Assembly: GCA_038747425.1 (NCBI GenBank)
Contig: JBCDJV010000007.1
Location: forward strand, 9,164-73,163
Source: Bacteroidota bacterium
GTDB lineage: Bacteria > Bacteroidota > Rhodothermia > Rhodothermales > JBCDJV01
DNA: 64,000 nt
Direction of reading: 5' to 3'
A program made the position numbers and the translations under genes. Within the stretch, counting starts at the first letter, position 1; every line of letters starts with the position of its first letter. Under the pieces are notes generated by a model. That model saw only the letters and a list, made by a program, of their open reading frames with translations. It did no database searches and had not been told where the DNA came from. Of the stretch, positions 7,994-16,854 are shown in pieces.

Positions 7994-8566
7994 ATGGCAG
8001 ACTCTGATAAGCAGAAGGACCCCCGCGACGGGATCCACGTCAACCTCGACCTCGGCTTCGGTGGCCTCTTCAAAGGCCTCACGGACATGGTAAACAACCT
8101 GACCGAGCTCTCCGAAAAGGCCGAACACCTCCAGCAAGAAGCCGGGGCTGACGGCGAGCGCACGTTCCGCTTCGACGGCCTCAACATCAACGGCCTGGGC
8201 AAAGACGCCGAAGGGGTGGTGGGCATCCGCATCCGCACCCTGGACGGCGGCCAGCCGGTCGTCGAGCGCTTCGGCAACATCCGGCCCACCGACGAAGGCC
8301 CCGAGGTGGCCGACGTGCGCGAGCCCCTCGTGGATGTGTTCGATGAGCCCACCGAGCTGCTGCTTGTGGCCGAGCTCCCCGGCGTCAGCGAATCCGACAT
8401 CAGCCTGCGCGTGGAGGACGACATCCTGATCCTCGAAACCGAAGGCGACCGCCGCTACGCCAAAGAGGTCTTGCTCCCGGCGGCCGTGGACGCCACCACG
8501 CTGCAGCACACCTACACCAACGGCATCCTGGAAGTCCGTCTCCAAAAAGCTACGCCAGACGCATGA
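7994..8566 (+). CDS. Hsp20/alpha-crystallin family small heat-shock protein (GvpH-like position)
   Basis: The C-terminal alpha-crystallin domain reads LLLVAELPGVSESDISLRVEDDILILETEGDRRYAKEVLLPAAVDATTLQHTYTNGILEVRLQK. Confidence 0.85.
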   Translation: MADSDKQKDPRDGIHVNLDLGFGGLFKGLTDMVNNLTELSEKAEHLQQEAGADGERTFRFDGLNINGLGKDAEGVVGIRIRTLDGGQPVVERFGNIRPTDEGPEVADVREPLVDVFDEPTELLLVAELPGVSESDISLRVEDDILILETEGDRRYAKEVLLPAAVDATTLQHTYTNGILEVRLQKATPDA

Positions 8567-9345
8567 GCACCCTCCCAGACCCCATGGCGGCTCCGGCCGT
8601 TGACACCGCTGGGCAGTACGTGTACTGCTTCATCCGCTCCTCCGAGCCCGTCACGTTCTCGTCGACTGGGATCGGCGAGCTGAAAGGCACGGTCCGCGCC
8701 ATCCCGTACCGCGACATCGCCGTGGTGGTGAGCGAATCGCCGGTGATGATCTACCCGAGCCGCCGCCGCAATATGATGCCGCACACGCGGGTCCTGGAGG
8801 AGGTGATGGCCACGCACACCATCCTGCCGGCCCGCTTTAGCACGGTGGTCCCCCCCGAGGACGACCTCGGCGAGGACATCATTGCACCCCGCTACGAGCA
8901 GCTCGACGGCCTCTTGCACGAGATGGACGGCAAGGTGGAGCTCGGCCTACGGGTGATGTGGCATGACGGCCTCGTCTTTCAGGAGATCGTGGAGGAGCAG
9001 GATGCCATCCGCGCCCTCCGCGATCAGCTGGTGGGCCGCTCGCCCGAGGAAACGCACTATGACCGCATGCGGCTCGGAGAGATGATCGAGGCCGCCATCG
9101 AGGGCAAGCGTGCCGCCGAGGCCGCCGCCTTGCTGGACCGCCTCCGTCCCTTCGCCGCCGATGTCCGGGAGAACGACGTCCTAGGGGATCGCATGGTGCT
9201 GAACACCGCCTTCCTCGTGGATCAAGCCCAGGTGCCGGCCTTCGACGCCGCCCTGGAGGCCATCGACGCTGAGCAGAGCCACCGGATGAGCTTCACCTAC
9301 GTCGGTCCCGTGCCCCCTTACAATTTCGTCAGCATTGTGCTGTGA
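8563..9345 (+). CDS. gvpF: gas vesicle protein GvpF/GvpL family (paralogue 1)
   Basis: The start overlaps the Hsp20 stop (ATGA). Family hallmarks are present: YVYCFIRS, DIAVVVSE, HTRVLEEVMATHTILPARFSTVV and a C-terminal GPVPPYNF. Confidence 0.88.
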   Translation: MSTLPDPMAAPAVDTAGQYVYCFIRSSEPVTFSSTGIGELKGTVRAIPYRDIAVVVSESPVMIYPSRRRNMMPHTRVLEEVMATHTILPARFSTVVPPEDDLGEDIIAPRYEQLDGLLHEMDGKVELGLRVMWHDGLVFQEIVEEQDAIRALRDQLVGRSPEETHYDRMRLGEMIEAAIEGKRAAEAAALLDRLRPFAADVRENDVLGDRMVLNTAFLVDQAQVPAFDAALEAIDAEQSHRMSFTYVGPVPPYNFVSIVL

Positions 9346-9349
9346 TGAC

Positions 9350-9601
9350 ATGGGCTTCTTCACCACGCTCCTGACCTTTCCCGTCTCCGGGCCACTGCAC
9401 GGGGTGCGATGGATCGCACAGCACATGGCCGAGCAGGCGGAGCAGGAGTTTTACGACCCCGCTGTCATCAAAGAGCAGCTCCGCGCCCTTGAATACAGCT
9501 ATGAGCTCGGCGAAGTCGACGACGACACCTTCGACGCCCTCGAAGACGCCCTCATGGAACGCCTTGAAGCCAGCCGCGCGCAGCCCAAGCGTACCCCCTG
9601 A
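9350..9601 (+). CDS. gvpG: gas vesicle protein GvpG
   Basis: MGFFTTLLTFPVSGPLHGVRWIAQHMAEQAEQEFYDPAVIKEQLRALEYSYELGEVDDDTFDALEDALMERL matches the GvpG pattern. The start could alternatively be 9335. Confidence 0.85.
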   Translation: MGFFTTLLTFPVSGPLHGVRWIAQHMAEQAEQEFYDPAVIKEQLRALEYSYELGEVDDDTFDALEDALMERLEASRAQPKRTP

Positions 9602-9631
9602 TCCAACCTTCTCGACCCAACCTCTGACGCC

Positions 9632-9892
9632 ATGATGAACGGACCCCAGGCCGCCCAGGCGGCCAAGCAGCAACTGATGGACCTCACCGGCCACCCCGCC
9701 GACAGCGTGTCGGCCATGCGCCGCGATGACGACGGCTGGGCCATCACGGTCGAGCTGGTCGAGCTCAAGCGGATCCCGGAGTCGTCTGATCTCCTGGCCA
9801 CCTACGAGGCCAGTGTCAACGACGAGGGCATCCTGATGACCTACCAACGCACCCGCCGCTACCAACGCCATCAGGTGATGGAAGCCGGCTGA
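9632..9892 (+). CDS. gvpO: gas vesicle protein GvpO
   Basis: LTGHPADSVSAMRRDDDGWAITVELVELKRIPESSDLLATYEASVNDEGILMTYQRTRRYQR matches the conserved GvpO core as I recall it. Confidence 0.82.
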   Translation: MMNGPQAAQAAKQQLMDLTGHPADSVSAMRRDDDGWAITVELVELKRIPESSDLLATYEASVNDEGILMTYQRTRRYQRHQVMEAG

Positions 9893-9979
9893 TGAATGGA
9901 GAATGGGACCTGGTGAGGGGCACGCCCCCCTTCACCAACCACCATTCATCGTTCACCACTCACCACTCTTTCCTTCTCC

Positions 9980-10336
9980 ATGCAGCATACCATCCAAGGC
10001 TCTAGCCTAGGCGACATCCTGGAGCGCGTGCTCGATAAGGGCATCGTGATCGCCGGGGATATCAGCATCTCAATCGCCGAGATCGAGCTGCTGCGTATCC
10101 GCGTGCGGTTGCTCGTAGCTTCGGTGGACAAAGCCATGGAGATCGGCATCAACTGGTGGGAGAGCGACCCCTTCCTGGCTCGGCGCGCCCGCACCCTGGA
10201 AGAGGAGAACAAAGAACTGATCGACCGGCTCCGGCGCCTAGAGACGGTGCTGCGTGACCGCTATCCCGAGACGGCCTCCCTGCTGGCCGCCACCACGCCT
10301 AACCCCGGTGCTCCCCGTGTCCCTGACCGACCCTAA
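9980..10336 (+). CDS. gvpJ: gas vesicle protein GvpJ (GvpA/J/M family)
   Basis: SLGDILERVLDKGIVIAGDISISIAEIELLRIRVRLLVASVDKAMEIGINWWESDP is a GvpA-like core with the longer C-terminal tail typical of GvpJ. Confidence 0.88.
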   Translation: MQHTIQGSSLGDILERVLDKGIVIAGDISISIAEIELLRIRVRLLVASVDKAMEIGINWWESDPFLARRARTLEEENKELIDRLRRLETVLRDRYPETASLLAATTPNPGAPRVPDRP

Positions 10337-10340
10337 CCCT

Positions 10341-12524
10341 ATGGCACCCACTGCGGACCCAGCAGACCCCGCGCCCGCCGCCGCCCCCGGCCCCTTGTCT
10401 CTGCGCGTAGCCGAGGCGCGTGCCAAAGACGTGGGCCGCGGCCTCGTGCGGGTGGATCCCGATGACCTGGCCCGCCTGGACGCCGCCATCGGCGACGTGG
10501 TCGAGATCACCGGCCAGACCACCACGGTGGCCCGCCTCATGCCGGCCTTCGCGGCGGAGCGCGGCCAAGCACTCGTCCAGATGGACGGCATCCTGCGCGG
10601 CAACGCCGACACCGGACTGGGCGAGACCGTGACCCTGCGCCGTGTGGAGGCGCCCGTGGCCCGCACCGTCACGCTCCAGGGCCCCGGCGCCGTCCGACGC
10701 GGCCAAGGCCGTCACTTGGCTCGGCTGCTGGATGGCCTCCCGGTGTGCCCAGGCGACCAGGTTCGCGTAGACCTCATCGGCACCCGCGCCGAGACTTTCC
10801 GCGTGACGCAGACCGCCCCGAGCGGCGCCGTCCGCATCGGCCCGACCACCACCGTGCGCGTTGAAAAACCCGCTCAGAAGGGACGCAAGACCCCCTCGGC
10901 CCCGCCGCCCGAGGCCATCACCTACGAAGACATCGGCGGGCTCGGCTCCGCGCTCCAGCGGATCCGCGAGATGATCGAGCTGCCGCTGCGCTACCCCGAA
11001 GTGTTTGACCACCTGGGCATCGACGCCCCGAAAGGGGTGCTGCTCTACGGCCCCCCCGGCACCGGCAAGACGCTGATCGCCCGGGCCGTGGCCCACGAAA
11101 CCAACGCCCACTTCATCGTGGTCAACGGCCCCGAGGTCATCGACAAGATGTACGGGGCCAGCGAGGCTCAGCTCCGCAAGCTGTTCGAAGAGGCGAGCCG
11201 CAAGGCCCCCTCCATCCTCTTCATCGACGAGCTAGACGCCATCGCCCCCAAGCGCGACGACCTCAGCGGCGACCGCCAGGTGGAGCGGCGGGTGGTGGCT
11301 CAGCTCTTGGCCCTCATGGACGGCCTCCAGAGCCGCGGCCACGTCATCGTGGTGGCCGCCACCAACCTCCCTGACAGCCTCGATCCCGCCCTCCGGCGTC
11401 CCGGTCGCTTCGACCGCGAGATCTCGATCGGGGTGCCGGACCGCGAAGGCCGGGCCCACATCCTGGAGATCCACAGCCGCGGCATGCCCCTGGCGGACGA
11501 CATCGACCTCGATCATCTGGCCGGGCGCACGCATGGCTACGTGGGCGCCGACCTGGAGGCCCTTTGCCGCGAGGCCGCCATGCGCGCCCTGCGCCGCCTG
11601 CTGCCCGACCTCGACCTGGCCAGCGCCTCCATTCCCTACGATCAGCTGGCCCAGCTCACCGTCACCGCCGCTGACTTCGAGACGGCTCTGGCTGAGATCG
11701 AACCGTCGGCCATCCGCGAGATCTTTACCGAGATCCCTAACGTCACCTGGGCGGACGTAGGCGGGCTCGACGCCGTGAAGGAGGTGCTGCAGGAGACCGT
11801 GCAGTGGCCCCTTCAGCACCCCGACCTGTTCGAGCGCGTGGGCACCACGCCGCCCCGGGGCATCTTGCTCCACGGCCCGCCCGGCACCGGCAAAACCCTG
11901 CTGGCCAAGGCAGCGGCCCGCGAGAGCGAGGTCAACTTCATCTCCGTGAAGGGCCCTGAGCTGCTCTCGCAGTGGGTGGGCGCCTCCGAGAAAGGCGTAC
12001 GCGAGGTGTTTCGCAAAGCCCGTCAGGCGGCGCCCTGCCTCATCTTCCTGGACGAGGCCGACGCGCTGATCCCGCGCCGGACGGGGCAGCACAACCCCGT
12101 GACCGAGCGCGTTGTCAACCAGTTCCTGGCGGAGATGGACGGCATCGAGGCACTGAACGGCGTGCTGGTGCTGGCCGCTACCAACCGGCCGGACCTCATC
12201 GACCCTGCGTTGCTGCGCCCGGGCCGCTTCGAGCTTCAGATCGGCCTCGAGGCCCCCGATGCGGTGGGGCGGCGCGCCATCCTGGAGGTGCACACCCGCC
12301 GGCAACCGCTGGCGGCCGATGTGGACCTGGAGGCCCTGGCCACCCGCACGGAGGGGCTGACCGGCGCTGAGCTGGCGGGCCTCTGCCGCGAGGCCGCCAT
12401 GCGCGCCCTGCGCGCCCACGTACATCGGGAGGCTAGCGCCGATGAGCCGCTGGCGGTGAGTGGTATGGATTTTGACGCCGCACTCGACACGCTCCGTGCA
12501 TCCTCTACGCCTTCATCCTCCTGA
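10341..12524 (+). CDS. Cdc48/p97/VCP-type double-ring AAA+ ATPase embedded in the gvp operon
   Basis: ATG at 10341 within track ORF 10254..12524, 5 nt after the gvpJ stop. It has a Cdc48 N-domain-like region ([26 protein letters not shown]...VEITG). D1 has [17 protein letters not shown] and [10 protein letters not shown]2 has [17 protein letters not shown] and LIFLDEADA. The GRFD arginine-finger regions occur in both modules. Confidence 0.92.
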   Translation: MAPTADPADPAPAAAPGPLSLRVAEARAKDVGRGLVRVDPDDLARLDAAIGDVVEITGQTTTVARLMPAFAAERGQALVQMDGILRGNADTGLGETVTLRRVEAPVARTVTLQGPGAVRRGQGRHLARLLDGLPVCPGDQVRVDLIGTRAETFRVTQTAPSGAVRIGPTTTVRVEKPAQKGRKTPSAPPPEAITYEDIGGLGSALQRIREMIELPLRYPEVFDHLGIDAPKGVLLYGPPGTGKTLIARAVAHETNAHFIVVNGPEVIDKMYGASEAQLRKLFEEASRKAPSILFIDELDAIAPKRDDLSGDRQVERRVVAQLLALMDGLQSRGHVIVVAATNLPDSLDPALRRPGRFDREISIGVPDREGRAHILEIHSRGMPLADDIDLDHLAGRTHGYVGADLEALCREAAMRALRRLLPDLDLASASIPYDQLAQLTVTAADFETALAEIEPSAIREIFTEIPNVTWADVGGLDAVKEVLQETVQWPLQHPDLFERVGTTPPRGILLHGPPGTGKTLLAKAAARESEVNFISVKGPELLSQWVGASEKGVREVFRKARQAAPCLIFLDEADALIPRRTGQHNPVTERVVNQFLAEMDGIEALNGVLVLAATNRPDLIDPALLRPGRFELQIGLEAPDAVGRRAILEVHTRRQPLAADVDLEALATRTEGLTGAELAGLCREAAMRALRAHVHREASADEPLAVSGMDFDAALDTLRASSTPSSS

Positions 12525-12528
12525 CCCC

Positions 12529-13581
12529 ATGCCGCTCTACCTGCATGGCCTGACCCCCGTGGGCGGGCCCGCGCTGTACCGCGTCCCCGACGCCGACGGC
12601 CCCGTCTACACCATCGAGCACCAGGGCATGGCCGCCGTGGTGCGCCCCACGGCCCAGCGCACGTACCAGCACCTCGAACGCCGCGAGGCGCTGCTTCACC
12701 TGGTGCTGCACCAGCGGGTGGCCGAGGCCATCCAGGCCGAGACCCCCCTCCTGCCCGTCCAGTTCGGCACCGTGCTGGACAACGAAGAGCAGGTGCGCAT
12801 GCTGCTGAGCCTGGGAGCCGATCGTTTTGCAGAAGCACTCCGGCAGTTGGACGGCCTCGTGCAGATGGAGATCACCGTGCTCTGGGATCTGGAGCACGTG
12901 TTTGCCGAGATCCGCCATGAGCCCGCAGTGGCGGCCCTCCAGCACAACCTCACGACGTGGCCAGCGGACGAGCAAGAGGCCGGTCGCGTCCAGCTCGGCC
13001 AGATTGTAAAAGAGCGCCTGGAGTACCGCCGCGCCCGCCTCAAAGCGCCCATCGACCAAGCTCTTCAGGCCGTAGCCACGGCGTCGGAGGCGCTACCGAT
13101 CCTGGACGATCGGATGGTCACGGGTCTGACGCTGCTGCTCAACGATCACCAGGAAGACGAGCTCGATGACGCGCTGACCACCCTCGACGCCGCCCATGGG
13201 GATCTGCTGACGTTCAAGTGCGTGGGACCCATGGCGCCGCACCGCTTTGCCCAGGTTCGGGTGGAGATGGTGGACGGGGCTATCCTCAACCAAGCCCGGG
13301 CCTTGCTGCGCCTGCCAGCGGGCCCGACCACGCTGGCCGACGTCAAGCGCGCCTACCGCCTCCGAGCCGGCGAGCTGCACCCAGACCATAATCCGTCCAC
13401 AGACGAAGCCACGATGCAGGCCCTGCATGATGCCTTCACGCTCATCACCACCTTCGTGGAAGGTCGGCTGGGCGCGCCCGCGCCTGGTGAGGCGCCGCAC
13501 TGCTCACTCGATCTGGCGGCTCAGCCTCACCTCCTGTACCATCTGGACCTGTCGGTACGCCGCTCAGCCTTGGCGGCCTAG
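12529..13581 (+). CDS. GvpF/GvpL family protein (paralogue 2) fused to a C-terminal DnaJ J-domain
   Basis: ATG at 12529, 5 nt after the Cdc48 stop. The N-terminal part carries the GvpF/L pattern (LYLHGL, GMAAVVRP, HQRVAEAIQAETPLLPVQFGTVL, GPMAPHRF). The C-terminal part LADVKRAYRLRAGELHPDHNPSTDEATMQALHDAFTLI is a J-domain, with the HPD tripeptide at nt 13378-13386. Confidence 0.88.
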   Translation: MPLYLHGLTPVGGPALYRVPDADGPVYTIEHQGMAAVVRPTAQRTYQHLERREALLHLVLHQRVAEAIQAETPLLPVQFGTVLDNEEQVRMLLSLGADRFAEALRQLDGLVQMEITVLWDLEHVFAEIRHEPAVAALQHNLTTWPADEQEAGRVQLGQIVKERLEYRRARLKAPIDQALQAVATASEALPILDDRMVTGLTLLLNDHQEDELDDALTTLDAAHGDLLTFKCVGPMAPHRFAQVRVEMVDGAILNQARALLRLPAGPTTLADVKRAYRLRAGELHPDHNPSTDEATMQALHDAFTLITTFVEGRLGAPAPGEAPHCSLDLAAQPHLLYHLDLSVRRSALAA

Positions 13582-13634
13582 CCCAGGTCCAACGCTGTCT
13601 TTCTCTTTCGCCTGCTAGCCATCCGTTTGCCTCC

Positions 13635-13841
13635 ATGGAGACCCAGATTCAACACCTCATGGCCCAGCTTCGGGATCAACTGGTCACGCTGTCTCAGGAT
13701 GAGGTCCAGCAGATCGTCCAGGAAGCCCGTACCGAGGCCATGGCCGAAGCCAGAGAGATGCTGAAAGAGCACCTCTTGAAGTCGATCCTCGAGCAGGCCG
13801 TGGAGGCCTCTCAGCCTGCGCTGCATAGCGCCACGTCCTGA
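13635..13841 (+). CDS. small helical hypothetical protein (68 aa) inside the gvp operon
   Basis: The ORF is in the operon orientation with plausible codon usage. Its segment QQIVQEARTEAMAEAREMLKEHLLKSILEQAVE resembles the N-terminus of the next ORF. Confidence 0.5.
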   Translation: METQIQHLMAQLRDQLVTLSQDEVQQIVQEARTEAMAEAREMLKEHLLKSILEQAVEASQPALHSATS

Positions 13842-13850
13842 CCGGAAGCC

Positions 13851-14747
13851 ATGAACCACGACGTACAACGTATTCTCGAGACCGTGCTGAGCCAGCATGG
13901 CGGCGATATCGATGCGTTCATCGAATCGTGCCGTCAGGAGGTCCTGCGTGACCTCAAGGAACGCCTGAAGGGCGAGATGCGCGCCTCGATCTTTGCTCAG
14001 ATCCGGGCGGGTCTGGACGAGGGGGGCACGCCCCCGCCCCCAACGCCGCCGCCGTCTACGCGGCCCATCGCCCTGCCGCCCCCGGCTCCGTCCGCCTCGT
14101 TCCGTACCGAGTCCATGCGGGCAGCTCTTTCCGAGACCCCGGAAGAATCGTCCGCGCCCCCGCCTCCACCCGAGGCGCACGCCGAGACAGAGCACACCCA
14201 GGAGACACCCGACCACGGGTCTCACGACCATGCGCCGCCCGGCCATGTGCCGCCCGACCATGGGGCGCACGCCGAGGAGACCGCTCCCCCAGAGGGACCC
14301 GGCGACCGCGAGCCGTCCGTTGAGGACGTCCGTGTTGAGGCCGTCCACGCCCAGGGGGCTCAGCCAGGCTTGCCCGACTCCGAGGAGCCGCCTGCGGAGC
14401 TGATGGCCGCCGGCGAGCCTTCCACGGAAGGCGTCTACACCCAGGAGGTGTACACCGCGCCAGACCCGGCCCCTGAGGGCGTCCCAGCGGACCTGGATGC
14501 CGAGATCAGCGACCTGTACGCCGCCGAAACTCGTCCGCCTGCACACCCGTGGGTCCATGCGGCCACGCAGACGCCGGCTCCGAGCGATCCGCAGGAAGAC
14601 GTACCCGCTCACCCCACGGCCGACGACGAGCTCGACGACGACATTCTGCGGGAGATTGCCGCCATCCGGCAGCAGATCTCGAAGAATGAGCAGCTCCTGA
14701 GTCAGCTCAAGCCTTTCTTCGCGGAGGAACATCCGCCGAACTCCTGA
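13851..14747 (+). CDS. hypothetical acidic Pro/His/Glu-rich, probably disordered protein (298 aa) inside the gvp operon
   Basis: It has a structured-looking N-terminus (ILETVLSQHGGDIDAFIESCRQEVLRDLKERLKGEM) and C-terminus (DDILREIAAIRQQISKNEQLLSQLKPFF). These flank a low-complexity stretch (PPPPTPPPS...HTQETPDHGSHDHAPPGHVPPDHGAHAEE). The stop lies 5 nt before the next gene. Confidence 0.6.
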   Translation: MNHDVQRILETVLSQHGGDIDAFIESCRQEVLRDLKERLKGEMRASIFAQIRAGLDEGGTPPPPTPPPSTRPIALPPPAPSASFRTESMRAALSETPEESSAPPPPPEAHAETEHTQETPDHGSHDHAPPGHVPPDHGAHAEETAPPEGPGDREPSVEDVRVEAVHAQGAQPGLPDSEEPPAELMAAGEPSTEGVYTQEVYTAPDPAPEGVPADLDAEISDLYAAETRPPAHPWVHAATQTPAPSDPQEDVPAHPTADDELDDDILREIAAIRQQISKNEQLLSQLKPFFAEEHPPNS

Positions 14748-14751
14748 ACGC

Positions 14752-15852
14752 ATGACGAGGCCTGTGCGGGTGGACCGCCTACCGGACATCGAACGCTCCC
14801 CCGCCACCCCGGCCTCTCGCCTGCACAGCCAAGCTCTAAGCGGCGTGGACATGTACCCTGATCGATCCATCGACCAAGCCGCGCTCGTAGACGACGTGCT
14901 GTCGTTGCTTCGGCATCGGCTGCAGCCGCTTCTGATGGAGGGCTTCCTGCAGGCCGCGCTGGCGCACGTCCAGGCCGAGGCCGTACCGCCCAGCTCCCCG
15001 AGCGAGGCACCCGCCCTCCAGGGCGACGGGGCCGCCGCCATGGGGCTCTATGTGCTCGGCTTGGTACCTCGCGGTGCTCATCTGGTGCTGCCGGCCTCGG
15101 GTATGGAGCCTGGCCACCCCGTGACCACCAAGGCTTACCGGGGGCTGGAGGCCGTGGTGTGCCCCGTGACGCTGGAGGCCTTCGGACCCGATGCACAGCC
15201 CGCCCAGACTAACGACCTGACGTGGCTGGAGGCCATGGCCCAGCGCCACCAGCGCTTGCAGGAAGAGGTGCGCCGCGAGGGCACCACGCTGCTGCCCATG
15301 CGGTTTGGCACCATCTGCCACGACGAGCCGGGCCTGCTCACCTTTCTGGAGGCCCACCACGACGACTTCTTGCACACCTTGAGTGCCCTGCGCGGCATGC
15401 AGGAGTGGGGGCTCAAGGTGTTCTGCGATGACACCCGCTTCAACGAGCACGTCGAGCTCGCGCCTGACGTCCCTTCGCCGGATGGAGCCTCCGAGGGTAC
15501 CGCCTACTTCCTGCGCAAGAAGCACGCACAGGCCCGGGCCCAGGCGTACGCCCAACGCTTGGCGCTCTGCCTGGATGAGATCGACCATACCCTGCAGGCC
15601 CATGCTCAGGAAGCCGTGCGCAACGAGCCGCAGGAACCACGGTGGTCCGGCCATACGCTCCCCAACGTGCTGAATGCAGCCTACCTGGTGGGACGGGACG
15701 ACGAGCCGGCGTTCCTGCAGGCCGTCGACCGCTTGGTGGCCACCTATGCCCCGCTCGGACTCGAGGTGGTGCGCACAGGGCCTTGGCCGCCCTACCACTT
15801 TGCCCGGCTCGATGCGGACTCTTCCACCGACATTGTGCCCCCTTCGGCCTGA
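14752..15852 (+). CDS. GvpF/GvpL family protein (paralogue 3)
   Basis: GLYVLGLVPRG, GLEAVVCPV, HQRLQEEVRREGTTLLPMRFGTI and a C-terminal GPWPPYHF are present. The true start may be the ATG at 14851. Confidence 0.82.
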   Translation: MTRPVRVDRLPDIERSPATPASRLHSQALSGVDMYPDRSIDQAALVDDVLSLLRHRLQPLLMEGFLQAALAHVQAEAVPPSSPSEAPALQGDGAAAMGLYVLGLVPRGAHLVLPASGMEPGHPVTTKAYRGLEAVVCPVTLEAFGPDAQPAQTNDLTWLEAMAQRHQRLQEEVRREGTTLLPMRFGTICHDEPGLLTFLEAHHDDFLHTLSALRGMQEWGLKVFCDDTRFNEHVELAPDVPSPDGASEGTAYFLRKKHAQARAQAYAQRLALCLDEIDHTLQAHAQEAVRNEPQEPRWSGHTLPNVLNAAYLVGRDDEPAFLQAVDRLVATYAPLGLEVVRTGPWPPYHFARLDADSSTDIVPPSA

Positions 15853-15864
15853 CCTCGCTGCCCC

Positions 15865-16119
15865 ATGCCTACGCGCCCCCCCTCTGCCTTTTCGCTTGAG
15901 CAGGAAGTCACTCTGCTGGACCTGCTGGACCGGATCCTGGACAAAGGCATCGTGATCCAGGGCGACGTGACCATCTCCGTGGCCGACGTCGACCTCGTGT
16001 ACCTGGGCCTCAAGGCTGTCCTGGCTTCCGTGGACACGGTGGACCGGATGCGGGCCGTGTACCTGCCGCCTGAGAGCGCTCTGGCGCTCAAGCCCGCCGC
16101 CCTGCTGGACCTCGTCTAG
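15865..16119 (+). CDS. small GvpA/J/M/S-family gas vesicle protein (GvpS-like by position before gvpL/gvpK)
   Basis: [43 protein letters not shown] is a GvpA-like core in an 84-aa protein. Confidence 0.85.
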   Translation: MPTRPPSAFSLEQEVTLLDLLDRILDKGIVIQGDVTISVADVDLVYLGLKAVLASVDTVDRMRAVYLPPESALALKPAALLDLV

Positions 16120-16167
16120 CGCAGCCCCGTTTTCGTGCCCGGCCCGTGGGCGGACCGCCCCCGACGC

Positions 16168-16854
16168 ATGCTATATCTCTACGCCTTCTGCCGTCCACCG
16201 CTGCCGCCTGACGTGCCCGGGCTGCACAAGACGATGCTACGCGCCATCCCCGTGGGGGCCCTGGTGGCCGCCGTCAGCGACCTGGACACCCCGCCCTCTG
16301 CCGGCGCCCCCCATCTCTGGGCCCACGAGCACGCGGTGGAGACGCTCATGCAGACACGCCCAGTCCTCCCGGTGCGGTTCGGCACCATGCTGCACGATGC
16401 CGAGCACCTCCAGGCCGTGACGGCCCCACAGGAGGCGGCCATGCACGAGGCGTTGGCGCGCGTGGATGGACACGTCGAGCTCAGCGTGCGCGCCCTGGCG
16501 GCCGAGCCCCCCTTGCCGCCGGCGGAAGCGCCCCCGCGCACAGGCACAGACTACCTGCGCCAGCGTCAGGCCCAACTCAGCGCCGAACAGGCCGATCATC
16601 AGCAGGCCCAACAGCGAGCGGCCGCGTTGCATGCCCAGCTGGCCCCCCTGGCGGCCGACAGCACCTACGAGGCGCGCCGTACGGCCCGCATGGTGCTCAC
16701 CGGGGCGTACCTGGTCCCCGCTGACCAACAAGACGCCTTCCAAGACGCCGTGGCGGCGCTGCAGACCCAGCACCCTGACCTGGCATTCCTCTGCACAGGC
16801 CCATGGCCTCCGTACCACTTCACTCGCCTCGCCCTGACCACCCCTACGCCATGA
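16168..16854 (+). CDS. GvpF/GvpL family protein (paralogue 4)
   Basis: ATG at 16168 (the track starts at GTG 16135). MLYLYAFCRPP, GALVAAVSDL, HEHAVETLMQTRPVLPVRFGTML and a C-terminal GPWPPYHF are present. Confidence 0.82.
   Translation: MLYLYAFCRPPLPPDVPGLHKTMLRAIPVGALVAAVSDLDTPPSAGAPHLWAHEHAVETLMQTRPVLPVRFGTMLHDAEHLQAVTAPQEAAMHEALARVDGHVELSVRALAAEPPLPPAEAPPRTGTDYLRQRQAQLSAEQADHQQAQQRAAALHAQLAPLAADSTYEARRTARMVLTGAYLVPADQQDAFQDAVAALQTQHPDLAFLCTGPWPPYHFTRLALTTPTP

Noticed and set aside
13578-15041. A 487-aa minus-strand ORF spans the middle of the gvp operon. Similar long antisense ORFs occur at 6639-7565, 10299-11111, 11232-12425, 14836-15798, 18528-19595, 51569-53248 and 55910-57463.
   Set aside because: Each lies opposite a gene with strong family motifs (GvpN, Cdc48, GvpF/L, GAF, ClpC, DUF4175-like). 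They are typical long shadow ORFs of high-GC DNA with Arg/Gly/His-rich translations.
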